DNA of 64,000 bases from Macrostomum lignano (GCA_002269645.1 NIVC01000032.1:62001-126000); one strand, 5' to 3'; numbered from the stretch's first letter, positions 21,017 to 34,790 are shown. The notes: generated by a model from the sequence alone, not told the origin. Made by a program: numbers and translations.

Positions 21017-24000
21017 AATGGATTGGGCCAAAAATGCTGATTTAAAACAAAATAGCGGAGGTTGGGGTCGGTGAAAAGGAGTGTGGTGGTGTAAGCGGTG
21101 AGTAATCAGGAAAAGGTCATGGCTGGATCCCAGAGCCGGGACCATGCATAGCGACTGTGGCATGACATGACAGCAGCTGATTGATTGAATCGCGGGATCA
21201 GAAACGAAGTCAGAATTTTTCATTGGTTAGGACACCAAATTTTATTTGTGGGGAGCTGGATTAGCTACAAATGAATAGTAAATTAGTTAATAAATATGAA
21301 CATCAATTTTAAATATTTATGATATCCTTTTTCTATTGCAACAATCGTGGCATCAGGGCGGGATCGCGAGGGGGCGGGTAAGGAACGCGTGCTTGTCGTA
21401 AAGATGACATAAGCAGTGGGTGAAGAGTTCGCTTTAGCACACTAGAGAGAGAGAAAGAGAAGAGAGAGAGAGACATAATTAGGTCTAGTGTCTAAACGCT
21501 CGAACTCCCACTTCCAGACTCTAAGCCTGGGAACAAAATCAGTGATAACTTACGGTTGCGGGCTCCTCTTCTTTGTCGTTTGGTTTTCCGAGCTCGTTCC
21601 TTGTTTTCTCTTTTTTTGCGCGCATCTGTAGAGCTCGTCTCCTCGAAGCTTTTTTCTTCTGAGTAGTCTTCTTGATTTCTTAAATCGGCCGAAATTGAGA
21701 GCGTCTCAATTAAATTCGTCGACGTAGCAGTATTCCTCGAGTGCCTCAAACTCAATAGACTCAATAAACTCGACTGAACAGTAACGGCCGGCAATAACAA
21801 TCGCTCTCAATAATCAAAGTAACGAAGCTTACCAATTGGTGTTTATCTCTTCCTCAGAGATATAGCCTCGTTTGGCTGCTCTTGCAAGGCCCAAAATCTT
21901 TGGAGGCTGCTCTGAGTCTGAGATTTCAGCTCGGATTTTGCGTTTGTATTTATACACAATTTGTCGGCCTTGAGTCGACCTTGAGCTCAAAACCGGTTTT
22001 TTGATGAGTTCACGAAAGGAATTTTATTATTTGACCGGTGGGGTTCTTAAATAGAAAGGGTGAGACTTGGGTCACATTCAGGTTAACATTTACCATATTT
22101 GGAAGTTCTAAAAATAGATGTCGAAAACCGGTTTTTTCGAACAATAGCATAGCCACTCGCTGTTTGCGTGATATTACTGGTATAACTAAAAATAGAGTAT
22201 GACGTGTAGCTATTTTTAAATTTGTATTCATAATGATGGGTTTCGACCTTTCGGCCCCCTTGTGGGGAAGCCTTCGGGCCTCAGGTCTCAGAAATAAATC
22301 ACTTAGAGTCCTGGCCCCCCACTCCTGTCAGATGGTCAGCCCCATGCGGGTGGTAGCTTGATCGTGTGGCGAGCAGTCTAGGTCCTATAGCTAAGAGAGG
22401 GACAGCGAGAGACAAGCAGGGTGAATTTTGCTGCAAAATTTCCTGCAAAGGAAATTAGTTAATCCGCAGATTAGCTAACTCGCTGCCACCAGCCCGTACG
22501 TCCTGGCTCACCACACCGGGACTCTCGAAATCGGGCTTCCGACTAGAAGGGGCTTTGCACTTACCTGCCAACTAGTGTCTTTTTGCTGTCAATCTCGAAG
22601 TCATAGCCGATGATAAGGGACACTGCTGGGACTTGATCGCATTGGCCATGCAGGTACAGAGGGGACTTGTGCAGGGGATTCTTGCAGTGGCGAGTCTATG
22701 GGGTACCTACATGTACTATTACATTGCTAAATACGAAGATATGTACTTTTGGCCTTCAACGCGCCAACCAGCCTCTCATAGCGCTGATGATAGGCTAACT
22801 CGAAAATCAGAGACCGCATGATTCATTACCCGAGCCGCTTGGCGAACCTAGAGTACACAAAGTACATCTCTGGAGCTGATTCTGCACTATTGGCAATTTC
22901 GCTATCTGATTTGGTAGATTGATCGACTGAGAACTGCCTTGCCATTGGTCCATGCTGTGACCGGCGCCTACTAGCTTAGCTATTCATCTGAGCCATCGGC
23001 GAACAAAGAAATAAAACCGATAAAAATAACTGTTAGATTTAACCTTCTCCTTAGATCACTTCACACTTCAGATTGAATTGGAGTTTCAGACTACTAGCAG
23101 TATTATTGAATGACTTCTGCCTCAGCAACAGCACTACTGAACAAAATGAGCAAAAGTGTGCGCCTAATCCAGCTACTGAAACAGGGGACAGATAGGGAAG
23201 CACCCAATCAAGCAAGTCTAGGTAGCCTCTCACCCAACCAATCAGAAACTCAACAGCTGGAGACCAGGTAATCCACAGTGACCGAATCGGCTTGATGCTT
23301 CGCAGCTGTAGACTCGGGATGATGCTGACACAATCTTCACTGTGTCAGGTGATGATCTTAACTTTGATGTTCGCTGCTGATGACCGGGGGATTCGTCCTT
23401 GATGATGATTGGGGGGGGGGGGGTAAGTCGCAATCCGTGATCAAGAAACGACGGTCAGTTCCTGGCTGGTGGAGCCAAGGGTGGCACCCGGTCGCAAGAA
23501 GGTTTGCAGGGGTAGCACCCGGAATGGTGCGGGTCAAAAACACCGGTTTAAATAGCCGCCAACTGGACCGCAGTTTGTTATAATGGGACACGTCGATTCT
23601 GATTGGCTGAGCCGATTTGTTAAAATGAGCGTCGAATTTTCTGATTGGCTAAGCTTGTTGCTACCCAGAATCACGTGACCGGGAGATCCTATCAGTTCCC
23701 TCGGGGTCGTAAAAACATGACAGGTGCGGCCATAAATCAATCAAAATCGCAACAAAATGATTTATGACTTTTCGCGTAGAATTGACAGAAATTAATGAAA
23801 AAATATACATTAGAAAACTCTTATTAAATAGAAAGTGAAGATAATGAAGAGAAATCGCTTATCGCTAATCCCAAGGTACTTTTAGGGGTCAAAAGCATAG
23901 CTGTCACGAACACGAACACGTGTACAGCTAACAGTTAACACGAACAATAGGCTCTGACCTCGTAAATCTTGATGGCCTGTCAAAATGATGAGAAAAAAGC

Positions 24001-24509
24001 TACCGCCCGCATCCTCTCAGACCATCTGGCGCCCGTCTCAACACTGAGTGAGGCGCAGGTGGCTGTCAGACCAGCTTCGAAAGCGATGATTTATGACCCA
24101 AAAAGCTGCGCCTATGTTATTATGACTACTAGTATGACCAAACATTATATCTAGTATAGATTCTATGACAATTCGCAGAAAAAGGATAAAAATGCCCATT
24201 GCTCACTGTTAGTAGGCAAGTAAGTTTAGAGCCCATGTGCTAGCGCGGGATTTGGGAAAAAGTGCGTCCTCATCAATAACTTTATGTTACTACTTTTAGT
24301 AGGCTACTATGTTTGGTGATCTCTACATGGAGTACATCGGAAACACGACTTTGCTATGGCATTTGCACATTCTGGAGATGAGGCGGAGGCTGGAAGGAGG
24401 AGGGGAGCGGCGGTTTTCATGGGTGCAAACTGCAGTGCACTAATTACGTACTGGTATATCTGGGAGTACATGTACGACGTTTGCTTGCGAGAAGTTTGCT
24501 TGCCGAAAT

Positions 24510-25290
24510 CAAGGACCACTAGAAGTTACCGTTGTAACTCTTAAATATTGTAAAATTATTTGAAGGCCCTCTTGTTTGCATGTACGAGCTATTTATCGGT
24601 ACTTGCCTTCAAAAAAGCATATGCACTACATTTGAGCCTCAGAAGCTTCATATAATATGTATTTATAGTTTTTTTAGGCTGTAATCTAGATATTTTGAGT
24701 AATTATCATTATATGCAACTCGTTTTAATATTTCCTAAGGTTTTAGACAGCAGACAGCAGATACTGCTAGTAATAGTACTACGAATTCAACAAAGCTTGA
24801 GAAAAGGATCAGAAGGGATTCTTACTAACTGAATCCTTTTATCCTGATTTTGATAATACTGTTTTTTGATAGTGAAGTGACGCCTTTGCAACCGACTGAA
24901 CTCTGTACAGATTATCCGCTTTATAAAGCTTCCAAACCACAGAGTATGTTGTATGGTCTGCTACTTTATCGAGACTAGGAAGCAATGGTTAAAACTTAAA
25001 CTTCTATTCATTTTGACTGCAATGAAGTATTGCGTATTGCCGTTACTTTACTGTACACCCGCCGCTCCTACATGTAGATATAGCGCCAAATTTTGCTTCA
25101 TGTTAAAGACAACAAAATTTCGAGCAACCTGGCAAAAAATTATCTTTCTAAGTGCAACCAGTCCGGAGTTACCAGTATGAGCATTTAAAGTAAAGCTGCA
25201 AGGCAAACAAGCGGGCCTTCAAATACTCGTAAGTTTGCAATATTTACGAGTGTTGCGTCCTGATCCAACGGTAACTTCTAGTGGTCCTTG
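24510..25290. mobile_element. 781-bp non-autonomous TIR DNA transposon (MITE; P- or hAT-like)
   Basis: Perfect 25-bp TIR CAAGGACCACTAGAAGTTACCGTTG (24510-24534) / CAACGGTAACTTCTAGTGGTCCTTG (25266-25290). Flanking 8-mers GCCGAAAT and GCCGAACT give a TSD with one mismatch. AT-rich non-coding interior. Confidence 0.85.
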
Positions 25291-26329
25291 GCCGAACTTT
25301 GCTTGCGGAATTTTGATGTCTGCTTCGTAGAAATTGGCAATCATAATTGCAAGGTTTTAACTTGCCGAATTATTTTCTTGCTTGCTTGCTTGCTTTGATT
25401 GCTTGTGAAGTTGTCAGTCAATTATTACTTACTACAGATGCTTTGCAAGTGGATTCTTATCAGGGTCGACGTAAACTGACTTGACACTGAGCTTTGAAAC
25501 TATAGGCTTGCAGAGTGCATTGTGAGTGCATTGCCAACCAATGAAACTGCTCAAACAAGCAGAAGCTGTGGATGGGAGCCCAGTTTCACCCAATAGAAAG
25601 CAGCAATGTGCATTGGAAATCTTCCAATGCTAGAGACTGAAGAATGCTGCAAAACCGCAGGTTAAACAATCAAGAAGCTCCAGCCTCTCGCACTCGCACC
25701 TGCACTAAATACTCTCCGACCTGAGCAGACGATCTCAGAAGACAGCCGAACTACTCGCAGTGAGCAGATTAACCCAGCTGATCCTAGCAAAGGGCACCCT
25801 CCACTCCACACATCAGATGGAAATGTCGGTTCGCCCTGACAGCAGAACCTCAAAGCGAGCAAAAATATTCGAAACTCCTGACTTGGAGTGGCTGTCTTTG
25901 CACTGCACTCTCTGCTGTAAGCCAGCATCACTGTGGTGACACCATCAAATGCATCGGACTGTGAGTCACCCTTGTGACTGCATCAACAGGAAAAGTCGGT
26001 TGAGTAGCTGACTCAGTGATTTGGCTCTGACACAGACAGTCACTGTAGTGAGAGTCCCTGACGCCGAGATATTGAAATATCGTCGTATTTATTCACTCGC
26101 TGCAGACTCATCGCTCGCTTCTGTATTGCATTTTCCTCAATGGGTCACTGCTTTGCGTTCGATATGCATGAGCACAGGTGTTTTTAGCTGGGAAATTATT
26201 GTTTAAATTTAAGTGCTTTGGACAGTTGAAATTGATGACACAATTGAGTGTACATGCAAAAAGTCAATTTTCATGTACATTTATTACTCATCCTTTTTTG
26301 GTAACACGTGACACGTGACAGCAAGTGGG

Positions 26330-26876
26330 TTTCACAGTAAAAGGGGTTCATAGTGTCTGGGTTTCACAGTGAATGGGGTTCATATTATCTGGGTTTCACA
26401 GTGAATGGGGTTCATATTATCTGGGTTTCACAGTGAATGGGTTTCAGAGGGACTAGGTTTCACAGTGAAAGTGGTTCATAGTGTCTGAGTTTCACAGTGA
26501 ATGGGTTTCAAAGGAACTGGGTTTCACAGTGAAAGTGGTTCATAGTGTCTGAGTTTCACAGTGAATGGGTTTCAGAGGAACTGGGTTTCACAGTGAATAG
26601 GTTTCAGAGGGACTGGGTTTCACAGTGAATGGGTTTCAGAGGGACAGGGTTTCACAGTGAATAGGTTTCAGAGGGACTGGGTTTCACAGTGAATGGGTTT
26701 CAGAGGGACTGGGTTTCACAGTGAATGGGTTTCAGAGGGACTGGGTTTCACAGTGAATGGGTTTCAGAGGGACAGGGTTTCACAGTGAATAGGTTTCAGA
26801 GGGACTGGGTTTCACAGTGAATGGGTTTCAGAGGGACTGGGTTTCACAGTGAATGGGTTTCAGAGTGACTGGGTTT
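26330..26876. repeat. 16-bp-derived array, evolving into a 32-bp dimer (GTTTCACAGTGAATGG GTTTCAGAGGGACTGG)
   Basis: Alternating 16-nt variants at 26580-26875. Confidence 0.9.
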
Positions 26877-27113
26877 TAATCAAAGAAAAGGGGGAAGATT
26901 ACGGAGATCTGGGCAGTCAAGAAAAGGACAGAATGGTTCATTCTCAAGCGAGCTCAATTTCTTAAGGAAAATGTCAGCTTTGGCCCTGGCATGGAGGTCA
27001 GGGGTGAGTCGAACCCGGGCCAGTTCGGAAGAAATGGATGAAATTCTGCTACGGGGTGACACGCGAATAACGTGCGGCCTTGACCTGTCCTTGACCGGCG
27101 TCGCCAAGCCAGC

Positions 27114-27189
27114 AAATGACGTCACCTGCCTAGCAGCGCTGTGATTGGCTAGATTAAATAGGGAGGGGTTGCGCAACAAGTCACGTGAC
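27114..27189. promoter_or_regulatory. CRE + CCAAT + E-box module
   Basis: TGACGTCA at 27117-27124, ATTGG at 27144-27148 and GTCACGTGAC at 27180-27189. Confidence 0.4.
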
Positions 27190-27620
27190 AATTGATGGGA
27201 ACAGCTTACAATGATCGGATCAAAATGCTGCTTCAGAACAAAAAACGGAGTTGAGGGTGAGCGAAAAGCACTGGGGTGGGTGTAAGTGGTGGGTCATCGG
27301 TTAGTAATCGGGGAAAAGGTCACGGGATCCCAGAGCCGGGACCATGCATAGCAACTGTGGTAAGTTTGCCAACCAGACATGACAGCAGCTGATTGATGGA
27401 ATCTCGGGAGCAGAGGCAAAGTCAGAATTTTTCATTGGTTGAAACGCCAAGTTTTATTTGTAGGGAGCTGGATTTGGTACAAATTAATAAAATGACCAAT
27501 AAATATGAAAATCAATTTTAAACATGAGCAATGATATCCTTTTTCTACTGGAACAATCGTGGGGTGAGGGGGATCTCGGGAGGGGGGGTAAGGAACGCAT
27601 GCTTATCGTTATCGTACGAA

Positions 27621-28124
27621 TGACATAAATACGCCAGAGTGACATAAATACGCCAGAGTGACATAAATACGCCAGAGTGACATAAATACGCCAGAGTGAC
27701 ATAAATACGCCAGAGTGACATAAATACGCCAGAGTGACATAAATACGCCAGAGTGACATAAATACGCCAGAGTGACATAAATACGCCAGTGACATAAATA
27801 CGCCAGAGTGACATATAAATACGCCAGAGTGACATAAATACGCCAGAGTGACATAAATACGCCAGAGTGACATAAATACGCCAGAGTGACATAAATACGC
27901 CAGAGTGACATAAATACGCCAGAGTGACATAAATACGCCAGAGTGACATAAATACGCCAGAGTGACATAAATACGCCAGAGTGACATAAATACGCCAGAG
28001 TGACATAAATACGCCAGAGTGACATAAATACGCCAGAGTGACATAAATACGCCAGAGTGACATAAATACGCCAGAGTGACATAAATACGTCAGAGTGACA
28101 TAAATACGCCACAGTGACATAAAT
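27621..28124. repeat. 19-bp minisatellite (GACATAAATACGCCAGAGT)n
   Basis: About 26 nearly perfect units; source of the ORFs at 27484-28327. Confidence 0.96.
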
Positions 28125-30254
28125 AGTGGATTATTATCGGGAACACGACTTTGCCATGGCATTTGCACATTCTGGAGATGAGGCAGCTCGGGTGGAGGCT
28201 GGATGGAGGGGCCGGCGGTTTTCATGGGTGCCAACTGTAATGCACTTATTAAATATATTTTCATGTAGGAATCGAACCCAGGACCCAAAGCTCCGTGCTT
28301 TTTCTGAGTTGACCAGTCTGCCGTCAAAGTTTGGTGAACAGCGGCTCACCACCAGTTCACAAGTGAAGCGGATTCGCCAACGTGAACACTCGATTCCTGC
28401 TAGACACTCAACAATACAATATTTTTGCTTCTGCCCTGCTCAGGCAGATTCGGTCAATGTTCATCGACATTTCTGCACAAATGATACATGTTCAGAAAAT
28501 TTATTATTAGGAAATCTCGCCAATAATTTCAAACTTCAGCAAGGCAATCAGGATCACAATACACAAATTAATGGTATGAGGGTGCAAATCATCTCTGAGT
28601 CGTCTGTCATACTCATTCCCAGCGGTGCACCCCGCACAGGGGCTCATTGTGCATTCTGACAGCCTGACATTCACTGTCATTATTGGGGCACCGAAATCCA
28701 ATATTAGCTAATTCTCATCAGCTGTTGCTGGGCAGAATTCGCACCTGGTTAGGCGATGTGACTATGCGCCTGTCTCTCTCTCCCACTCACTCTACTTCTC
28801 TGCCTGCCTGTGTTTACCATGGCTTGCTTTGTTTTTAATGAAATAAAATGCAATTAAATTTGTATGCCATGAAGAAAATTTATAATGCACCTGCTTAAAG
28901 TACTGATTAAAAACAAAAGCAATTTAGCTGCTTCTGCAGAAACATTCTGTCATTTCTTGGCGACTATCGAATAAAAAATTATCATCTGCACAGGTCATTC
29001 TTCAATCATAGCTTAGCCCTCAAATATTTTGTAGTAAACACACGCAATGATGTACCGTCCGTGTACTTTAGTCGTCCTTGGTCCCATTGCAAGTCTTCGG
29101 GGTGACAAATTCCAGTCAGGTGGGGAACTCAGGTGAGTCTGGCATGCAGCAAGCACAGCATGCAGAATTCAAGTCGGGAAATGCAATTTGCACACCAAGA
29201 CTGCATCTTGATGAAGTTAATGCAACTGTGGTGTGTGCTTCTTGTGCTAAAACTGCTGCTAAATCTGCTGCTCAAACTGCTGCTCAAACTGCTGCTGCAT
29301 CTGGTAGCGAGATTCGAATTCGGGACCTCTGGCCCTGTGAATGTAGTTGGGTTCGAGCTCGGGACCTCTGGCCCTGCTGTATGACTCTGTGCCTTTGAGG
29401 GCGGCTCTCATGGGTGCAAATTGAAGTGCCCTAATTACATGGAATTACAGGTAGGAATCGAACCCAGGACCCCTGATGCCAGTTCCATGCTTTCATGAGT
29501 GACCAGTTTGATGTCTTTTATTGGTTCGCAGCCACTCTCACAAGTCCTCAAGTGTTCTCAGCAAATGCTCTGAGCACATGCGGGATGTCTGTGCAAGTGT
29601 GCTCACGGAATTTAGAAGTCCGCAAGAATGGGCCGCATCCATAAAATGAATTCAAGATAAAAAGAACGCCAAAGCGAGGTGAGGTTGGTCTAGAAGTGCA
29701 AAAAGTAGAAGGGAAAGATAAGACGCTTAAACAGGACGATTAGAGGTCAGTAGGGGGGACGTGAGAATTTAACAACCACCCTCCATTCCAGATACCAAGC
29801 CGAGCGAGATGACGTCATCAATGTCAGCCGAGGCACTAGGCAGAGGCAGTCGGTGCCGTGTCAGGACGAACAAATCAAAACGGCAAGATGCCATGCAAAA
29901 CAGGCGATGACCAACCTGGCAACCGAAGGTCGGACCGGCGGTTAAGGATCAGAAAAATGGACTCCAGACTGACGTCACCTAACCTGGCTAAAATCGAGTA
30001 GCTGATATCGAATCATCCATCTCGCCTCGCAGCAACCCGCTTGTTTAAAACAGACTGACTCGGCTCCCAAGTAGAAGTAGCACCTGTCGCTTTTGCTGGA
30101 ACTCTGCCCAGTAGTCCTGCGAATACTCTGCAAATTTCACTCATTGATTTGTGCTAAAGGCACGGAGGTATTTCAATCTCCATTGTAAGCCTTTTGACAT
30201 ACGGTTAGAAAATAGAGCGCATAAAAACCGCCAGACGAGATTCGAATATCGGTA

Positions 30255-30552
30255 GTGAGTGTTCACGGAGATCTCGGAGTGTTCACGGAGATCTCGGAGT
30301 GTTCACGGAGATCTCGGAGTGTTCACGGAGATCTCGGGGTGTTCACGGAGATCTCGGAGTGTTCACGGAGATCTCGGAGTGTTCACGGAGATCTCGGAGT
30401 GTTCACGGAGATCTCGGGGTGTTCACGGAGATCTCAGGGTGTTCACGGAGATCTCGGGGTGTTCACGGAGATCTCAGGGTGTTCACGGAGATCTCGGGGT
30501 GTTCACGGAGATCTCGGGGTGTTCACGGAGATCTCAGGGTGTTCACGGAGAC
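30255..30552. repeat. 20-bp minisatellite (GTGTTCACGGAGATCTCGG[A/G])n
   Basis: About 15 units, against about 2 degenerate units at the paralogous site (about 2865-2905). Confidence 0.95.
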
Positions 30553-30998
30553 ATGTGTTCACGGCACATGCGAGCATGTAGGGCCACACCTGTTCTCAGT
30601 TGGGGTCAGGCATGGGAGAAATACCACAGAGACCAGGAGTTGTGCTGGTGAAGAAGGCTGAGCAGTCAAATAATTAGAAGGTCCTGAGTTCGACCGAACT
30701 CGGCTCACAGAGCGTGATCAGATTGTGCAGAGCCAACACTTTGAGTTTGTGCTCAAATTTGAGATAAGCAGCTGCACAGAGCTTTGATTCTGTGTGCAAT
30801 CGAATCACCTTTATCTGTGGGCAGTGCGGCTTTGCTTGCTGCCTGACTGTCCCGCAGTTTGGTAACCATGGCAACTGCTGATAGCGCCGCTGCTGGGCTC
30901 AGATTTGAGTTATATCAGCAAATGTGACTCTGTTGAGACCCAACTTTATAGACTGCAAAAGCCCAGCGCTTCACCCTGACTTTGCGAAATTGCAGAAG

Positions 30999-31335
30999 GT
31001 GAGCTTGTTACTATCTGCATTCTGTTCTCTTTTATTCCAAATCTCATCATTTCTGTGCAGGACATTCTTGATTGTTTGTTCCCACCTGACCTGAGTCTCC
31101 CAACTGACCTGAGTCTCCCACCTGACCTGAGTCTCCCACCTGACCTGAGTCTCCCATCTGACCTGAGTCTCCCACCTGACCTGAGTCTCCCACCTGACCT
31201 GAGTCTCCCACCTGACCTGAGTCTCCCACCTGACCTGAGTCTCCCATCTGACCTGAGTCTCCCACCTGACCTGAGTCTCCCACCTGACCTGAGTCTCCCA
31301 TCTGACCTGAGTCTATACCAACTCTGTCAATTTAG
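30999..31335 (+). other. Putative 5'-UTR intron of copy 3, containing the 18-bp minisatellite (about 31081-31312)
   Basis: GAAG|GTGAGC donor and CAATTTAG| acceptor, conserved with copy 1. Confidence 0.6.
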
Positions 31336-31348
31336 ATCGGCACTCAAG

Positions 31349-33043
31349 ATGAGCCGCAGAAGCTCCAGCGACAGCTCGAGTTCGGACGCGCCTCCCGCTA
31401 CCCCAACTCCTCTCTGCATCATCTGCGACCAAGCTGCAGTCGGTGTGGCTCCGTTCTCCTGCTGCCACATGTGCAGTCAACACCTCAGTGTCGATGTGGC
31501 CAATCTATTCAAGCTCAAGGAGGAGGTCGAAGAGCTGCTGCGTGCCTACTCACAAGACTCAGAAGACTCAGAAGAATCACAAGAGTCACAAGAGTCACAA
31601 GAGTCACAAGGCGCAGCAGTCTCAGCTGGCCGTGCAGCGCTGCTGCGACCAAGACAAGACGCTGAGTCGCTGCGTCGTCTCGCTCTCGACATCCAACAGC
31701 AGCTGCAAGAGGTCAATCACAAATTCGATTTGGTACAGCAACACATCGACTCGTTTCGTAGCAGGGTGACGGGCCAGCTCTCAGGTGTGCTTGAGGCAGT
31801 GCGTGTGTGCGAGCGGGACCTCGAGGACGTCTCCAGCTACAAGCAGGAGGTGGCCACGGCGGAGACTGCAGGCGACAAGGCGGAGCTGCTTCGCCTGGTG
31901 CAGTCCATGCACGAATCGCTTGGAGACTTGGAGGCCGACTTTGAGAGGTCAGAGCGCCTGCTCAGAGACCAGAGCGACAATGAGGAGCTGCAGCTGCGGC
32001 TTCTGGGCCAGCTCGAGCGGCTGGTCGGCATTTGTGCGGGACGCAGTGAAGAGGGCGACTGGTCGAGAGACGCTGCGGTGACCGCGACATCCGATGAGAT
32101 AGACAGAGATATAGCCGCTGAGAGAGAGAGAATGTTGGAGCCGATGGTCTTCAGTCACGAGGTGAAGCTGGATGGCCTTGTTCATTGGCTGGCTGTGTGC
32201 AGCGACACCAGCGGATTCGTTGGTGACCGCTCAGGCCGTGTGGTTCCCGCCGACTCAGCGGAAGACCGCAGAAAACCTCTGCCTCAGCCCTGCATATTTG
32301 CATCATTCTCTAGCTTCACGAGCAAGAAATGCCACCTACTGGTGCTGTCTTTGGACGGCTCACAGAAGCTGCGGTGCCACTGCGACATCGACTGGAATAA
32401 GGACATTTTTGGCCTTCACTGCGACCGTCAGCTGCTGTTCATTGCTCAGCGTGACGCAGTGACAGTGACGGACTTGAGCGGTCGCGCGGTGCGTCGACTC
32501 CGCCCACAAATTCGGGGTTTCAGGGGCATCAGGGGAATCGGTGGCAACGCAGCCTCCGTGTTTGTGTCCAGTGGAAACGAAATTGCTGTATTCAGCAAAG
32601 CGACTTGGCAGATGGAGACGGTCATCACGCTTTCTCAGCTTCCTGATGCTCGACTGGGTAACATGGCGACTCACGACAACTGCATTCTGGTGACGGACTG
32701 GGAGCACAAGCAGGTGCACAGAGTGCGCATCGACATCCAGCAGCTGGTCGCCTCCTTCCCGACTCAGCGATCCGGCCTCCAACAGTCTGCTCATCCAATT
32801 GATGTTGCCGTCGACAGCAGAGGCCGCCTGTTCGTGAGTGAATTTTCGGGTCACTCAGTGAGATCGGTGGCTGCAGACGACGGGTCGCTGCTGTGGACTC
32901 TGGGGACTCCGGGCGAGAGCGGCAGCGGAGACGGCAGATTCAGGGGTCCATGGGGTCTGGCGGTGGTGACGGGAGGTCCGCGCGACCAGCTGGTGGTGGC
33001 TGACAGTTTTAATAGCAGACTGCAGGTGTTCAGTGCACCTTAA
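31349..33043 (+). CDS. TRIM-NHL-like protein, copy 3 (intact)
   Basis: Open frame from MSRRSSSDSSSS to RLQVFSAP*, with the same domain order as copy 1. Confidence 0.88.
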   Translation: MSRRSSSDSSSSDAPPATPTPLCIICDQAAVGVAPFSCCHMCSQHLSVDVANLFKLKEEVEELLRAYSQDSEDSEESQESQESQESQGAAVSAGRAALLRPRQDAESLRRLALDIQQQLQEVNHKFDLVQQHIDSFRSRVTGQLSGVLEAVRVCERDLEDVSSYKQEVATAETAGDKAELLRLVQSMHESLGDLEADFERSERLLRDQSDNEELQLRLLGQLERLVGICAGRSEEGDWSRDAAVTATSDEIDRDIAAERERMLEPMVFSHEVKLDGLVHWLAVCSDTSGFVGDRSGRVVPADSAEDRRKPLPQPCIFASFSSFTSKKCHLLVLSLDGSQKLRCHCDIDWNKDIFGLHCDRQLLFIAQRDAVTVTDLSGRAVRRLRPQIRGFRGIRGIGGNAASVFVSSGNEIAVFSKATWQMETVITLSQLPDARLGNMATHDNCILVTDWEHKQVHRVRIDIQQLVASFPTQRSGLQQSAHPIDVAVDSRGRLFVSEFSGHSVRSVAADDGSLLWTLGTPGESGSGDGRFRGPWGLAVVTGGPRDQLVVADSFNSRLQVFSAP

Positions 33044-34548
33044 TTTTATTCACTGGGCGAATACTAATCAAACTGCAGGGTTTCTGGAGTGATTGATTTA
33101 TTGGATTTATTGGTCGAGTTTTTCTTATTATAGGATTTTTACATGCGATGACCTTTTTTGTCTGATAATTGTTTATTATGTCCACTAGCTTCAGAATTGG
33201 TATTTATTGAATGGAAGCACATCAAACATTATGCATGTATTAAGTGACAAAAATTAAGCTTACGTTGGCCCTCAAAACTTCTCTCATATTTTTTATTTTT
33301 CTAAAATTTTCAGCACCAGAAAATGGGACTTGACTGTTGAATTGAATTTCAGCAAAGACCCACAAACCCAATTTTGTGCCTGTGAATCATTTTTGGAAAT
33401 TCCCACTCACCCTGTGCTCAGTGAAACTCCAGCTTTTGACACTCAAACTGCTCAGTCATTTTTATCAGTCGCTCGCTTTTGCGGTTTTCTTCAAACCGCC
33501 CCCTTAGCTTGCACTCAGACTTTATTGATACAATTATGCAAAGCAATTTTAATGTTTTATCAATTTTTCTTGGATATTAATGCAGCCTCTACGCGTCATC
33601 TTTTCTGTGTCAGAACTGATGTCAAATCTGATGTGATTTCTCTTTTAACTGCCTCACCTGAATTCATATTGCTATCCAGCTGTGAGTGCATTGCCAGCCA
33701 ATGAAACTGCTCAAAAAAGCAGAAGCTGAAGATGCGATCCCAGTCTCACCTAATAGGAAGTAGGAAGCAGCAAGGTGCGATGTAAATCTCAAATGCGAAA
33801 GACTGAAAAATTCTGTAAAACCGCAGGTTAAACCAGTCGGGAATCTCCGCCCTCCCTCCCTCGCACGTGCACTAGACTTTCTCCGACCTGAGCAGACAGT
33901 CTCAGCCGAACTACTCAGAGTGAGCAGATTAACCCAGCTGATCCTAGCAAAGCACTCCCTCACCTCCACACTCCGGATCGAACTGCTGGTTCGTCCAGGC
34001 AGCACAACCTCAGAGCGAGCACAAAATATTCGGAAACTCCTGACTTGGTGTGGCTGACCTTGCACTGCACTCTCTGTTGTAAGCCAGCATCACTGATTGA
34101 CACCATCAAATACATCTGCATCATCAGGAAAATTCAGTTGAATTGTCGGCTCAGTTATTTTGGCTCCGCCACTTGGAGTAGAAGTCACAGACAGCCACTG
34201 TAGTGAGAGTCCCTGACTTGAGAGACTTGAGAGCCAAGATATTGAAATATTTCCCTCGCTGCAGACTCAGCGCTCGCTTTTGTGTTCCAATTTCCTCAAT
34301 GGGTCACTGCTTTGTGTTTTATATGCATGGGCACTGGTGCTTTTAGCAGGGAAACTATTGTTAAAATATGAGTGCTTTGTAAAGTAGAAATTGATGGCAC
34401 AACACAACTGAATGTTACATAACAAAACAATTCTCATGTACGTTAGTTGGTCATCCCATCCGTTAAATTTTATTTTAAAGCAGCGAAATCCCAGAATGTC
34501 TTGGGTTCAAAGTCTCACAGGTTTCTTGGTACCACGTGACACCTGCTA

Positions 34549-34744
34549 GTGACTGGGTTTCACAGTGACTGGGTTTCATGGTGACTGGGTTTTTTACAGT
34601 GACTGGGTTTTTTACAGTGACTGGGTTTCAAAGTGACTGGGTTTCACAGTGACTGGGTTTCACAGTGACTAGGTTTCACAGTGACTGGGTTTCACAGTGA
34701 CTGGGTTTCACAGTGACTGGGTTTCACAGTGACTGGGTTTCACA
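34549..34744. repeat. 16-bp minisatellite (GTGACTGGGTTTCACA)n
   Basis: About 12 units at the position homologous to 6649-6821. Confidence 0.92.
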
Positions 34745-34790
34745 ACGAACAACGGGCAGCCCTGACCTGTTCTGGCATCGCCAAACCAGC

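Larger units (their letters stand above)
25530..27630 (+). repeat. Gene-less copy of the cluster's 3'-flank unit
   Basis: Same block order as downstream of copies 1 and 3 (ATGAAACTGCTCAA..., TCGCTGCAGACTC..., 16-bp-derived array, CRE module, single 38-bp seed), but no CDS upstream. Confidence 0.8.

Noticed and set aside
22225-22295. Hammerhead ribozyme (Penelope-type) on the minus strand
   Set aside because: A stem followed by GAAAC is present (GGCCGAAAGGTCGAAAC), but no correctly placed CUGANGA core. An Infernal search would settle it.
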